Assembly (NCBI GenBank): GCA_012799415.1
Contig: JAAZLH010000090.1
Span: 17,668 to 81,667, forward strand
DNA length: 64,000 bases
Origin: Candidatus Epulonipiscium sp.
GTDB taxonomy: Bacteria; Bacillota; Clostridia; Lachnospirales; JAAYNZ01
Direction of reading: 5' to 3'
Part shown: piece by piece, positions 63,017 through 64,000 of the stretch
Layout of the letters: every line of letters starts with the position of its first letter
How positions within the stretch are numbered: position 1 is the stretch's first letter
The notes under the pieces: generated by a model
Told to the model about the DNA's origin: nothing
The model's database searches: none
Seen by the model: the letters and a program-made list of their open reading frames with translations, nothing else
Position numbers and translations under genes: made by a program

Positions 63017-64000
63017 TTATATATTTTCAGGTAAAAGTTTATTAAGTATAATTCCAATGAAAGCAGCAATAGCTAAACCAGAAACACTCAGACCATCAGC
63101 TACAGGAATTTCCTGAATAGCAATACCTAAAACTAAAATTAGAGAAGAAATAATCAAATTTCTACTATAGCTAAATTCTAATTTTGCATCAATTAAAGTA
63201 CGTACACCAACACTAGCAATCATACCGAAAAGAATAATACTAATTCCACCCATAACCGCTGGAGGAATAGAACGAATGAGAGCACCAAATTTTCCAATAA
63301 AGCTTAATACAATGGCAAATCCTGCTGCAACCCGAAGAATACTAGGATCATATATTTTTGTCACAGCTAGAACCCCTGTATTTTCACTATAAGTCGTATT
63401 TGCAGGTCCACCTAAGAGGCCAGCAACAATAGTTGCTAGTCCATCTCCAAGCATAGTTCTATGGATCCCTGGGTCTTCAAAAAAATCTTTTCCAACTACA
63501 GCACCATTGGTTGTAATATCTCCAATATGCTCAATAAATACTACTAAAGCAATGGGAGCAATAGCTAATATTCCAGTTAAATTAAATACAGGTAACGTAG
63601 TTAGGTCTGCCCATGCTGCTGCTGGAAAGCCAAACCAAGCAGCTTCTTTAATAGGTGTAAAATCTACTAAGTCAAAAGGAATCGAAACAAGATAACCTAC
63701 TATTACAGATATTAAAATAGGAACAAGCTTAAAAAAGCCTTTAGCAAAGATTGAAACAATAATCATTGTGACAACAACAACTCCTGCAATAAATAAAGCA
63801 GTATAATCAATTTCACTAAGCTTTGTTTGGCTATTATAAAAATAACCACTCATTTCTAAAGCTACAGTACTTAGTCTGAGACCAATGACCATAACAATTG
63901 GACCTGTTACAATAGGCGGAAAGAAAGAGTGTACTTTATCAACTCCAAATATTTTAATAACAAAAGCCATTATCACATAAATCAAACCTGCAACTATAAC
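63017..64000 (-). CDS. uraA: Uracil/xanthine permease (NCS2), 5'-truncated by the window edge
   Basis: FPPIVTGP, EHIGD and PANTTYSEN motifs. Confidence 0.85.
   Translation of the reverse strand, partial: VIVAGLIYVIMAFVIKIFGVDKVHSFFPPIVTGPIVMVIGLRLSTVALEMSGYFYNSQTKLSEIDYTALFIAGVVVVTMIIVSIFAKGFFKLVPILISVIVGYLVSIPFDLVDFTPIKEAAWFGFPAAAWADLTTLPVFNLTGILAIAPIALVVFIEHIGDITTNGAVVGKDFFEDPGIHRTMLGDGLATIVAGLLGGPANTTYSENTGVLAVTKIYDPSILRVAAGFAIVLSFIGKFGALIRSIPPAVMGGISIILFGMIASVGVRTLIDAKLEFSYSRNLIISSLILVLGIAIQEIPVADGLSVSGLAIAAFIGIILNKLLPENI

Overview
Chromosomal window of a low-GC, probably spore-forming clostridial (Lachnospirales-like) Firmicute; most genes lie on the minus strand. Bases 1-51.2 kb are mainly core genome: nadE, mgsA, lexA/yneA with SOS boxes, two Xer-type tyrosine recombinases, miaB-ymcA-mutSL-miaA-hfq-ynbB, a LacI-fucI-fucU unit, livKHMGF, cheR, a his operon lacking hisH, mutY, recU, queG and SAM-riboswitch-metY. 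The main result is at 51.2-62.96 kb. A Cu/Zn superoxide dismutase (sodC) gene is split, inside its Zn-binding loop, by an 11,149-bp element bounded by an 11-bp direct repeat (CCATGAGGTTG) with inverted att arms. The element encodes an intact large serine recombinase and a small candidate directionality factor. Both this pair and the 5' half of sodC have mother-cell sigma-K-like promoters, which suggests a skin-like, sporulation-programmed DNA excision that rebuilds sodC. The element also carries a divergent ErmQ-like macrolide-resistance methyltransferase with a leader peptide and attenuator. Separately, nadE has lost its glutaminase Cys and hisH is absent from the his operon, hinting at direct ammonia use. 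All calls come from reading the sequence; no searches were run.
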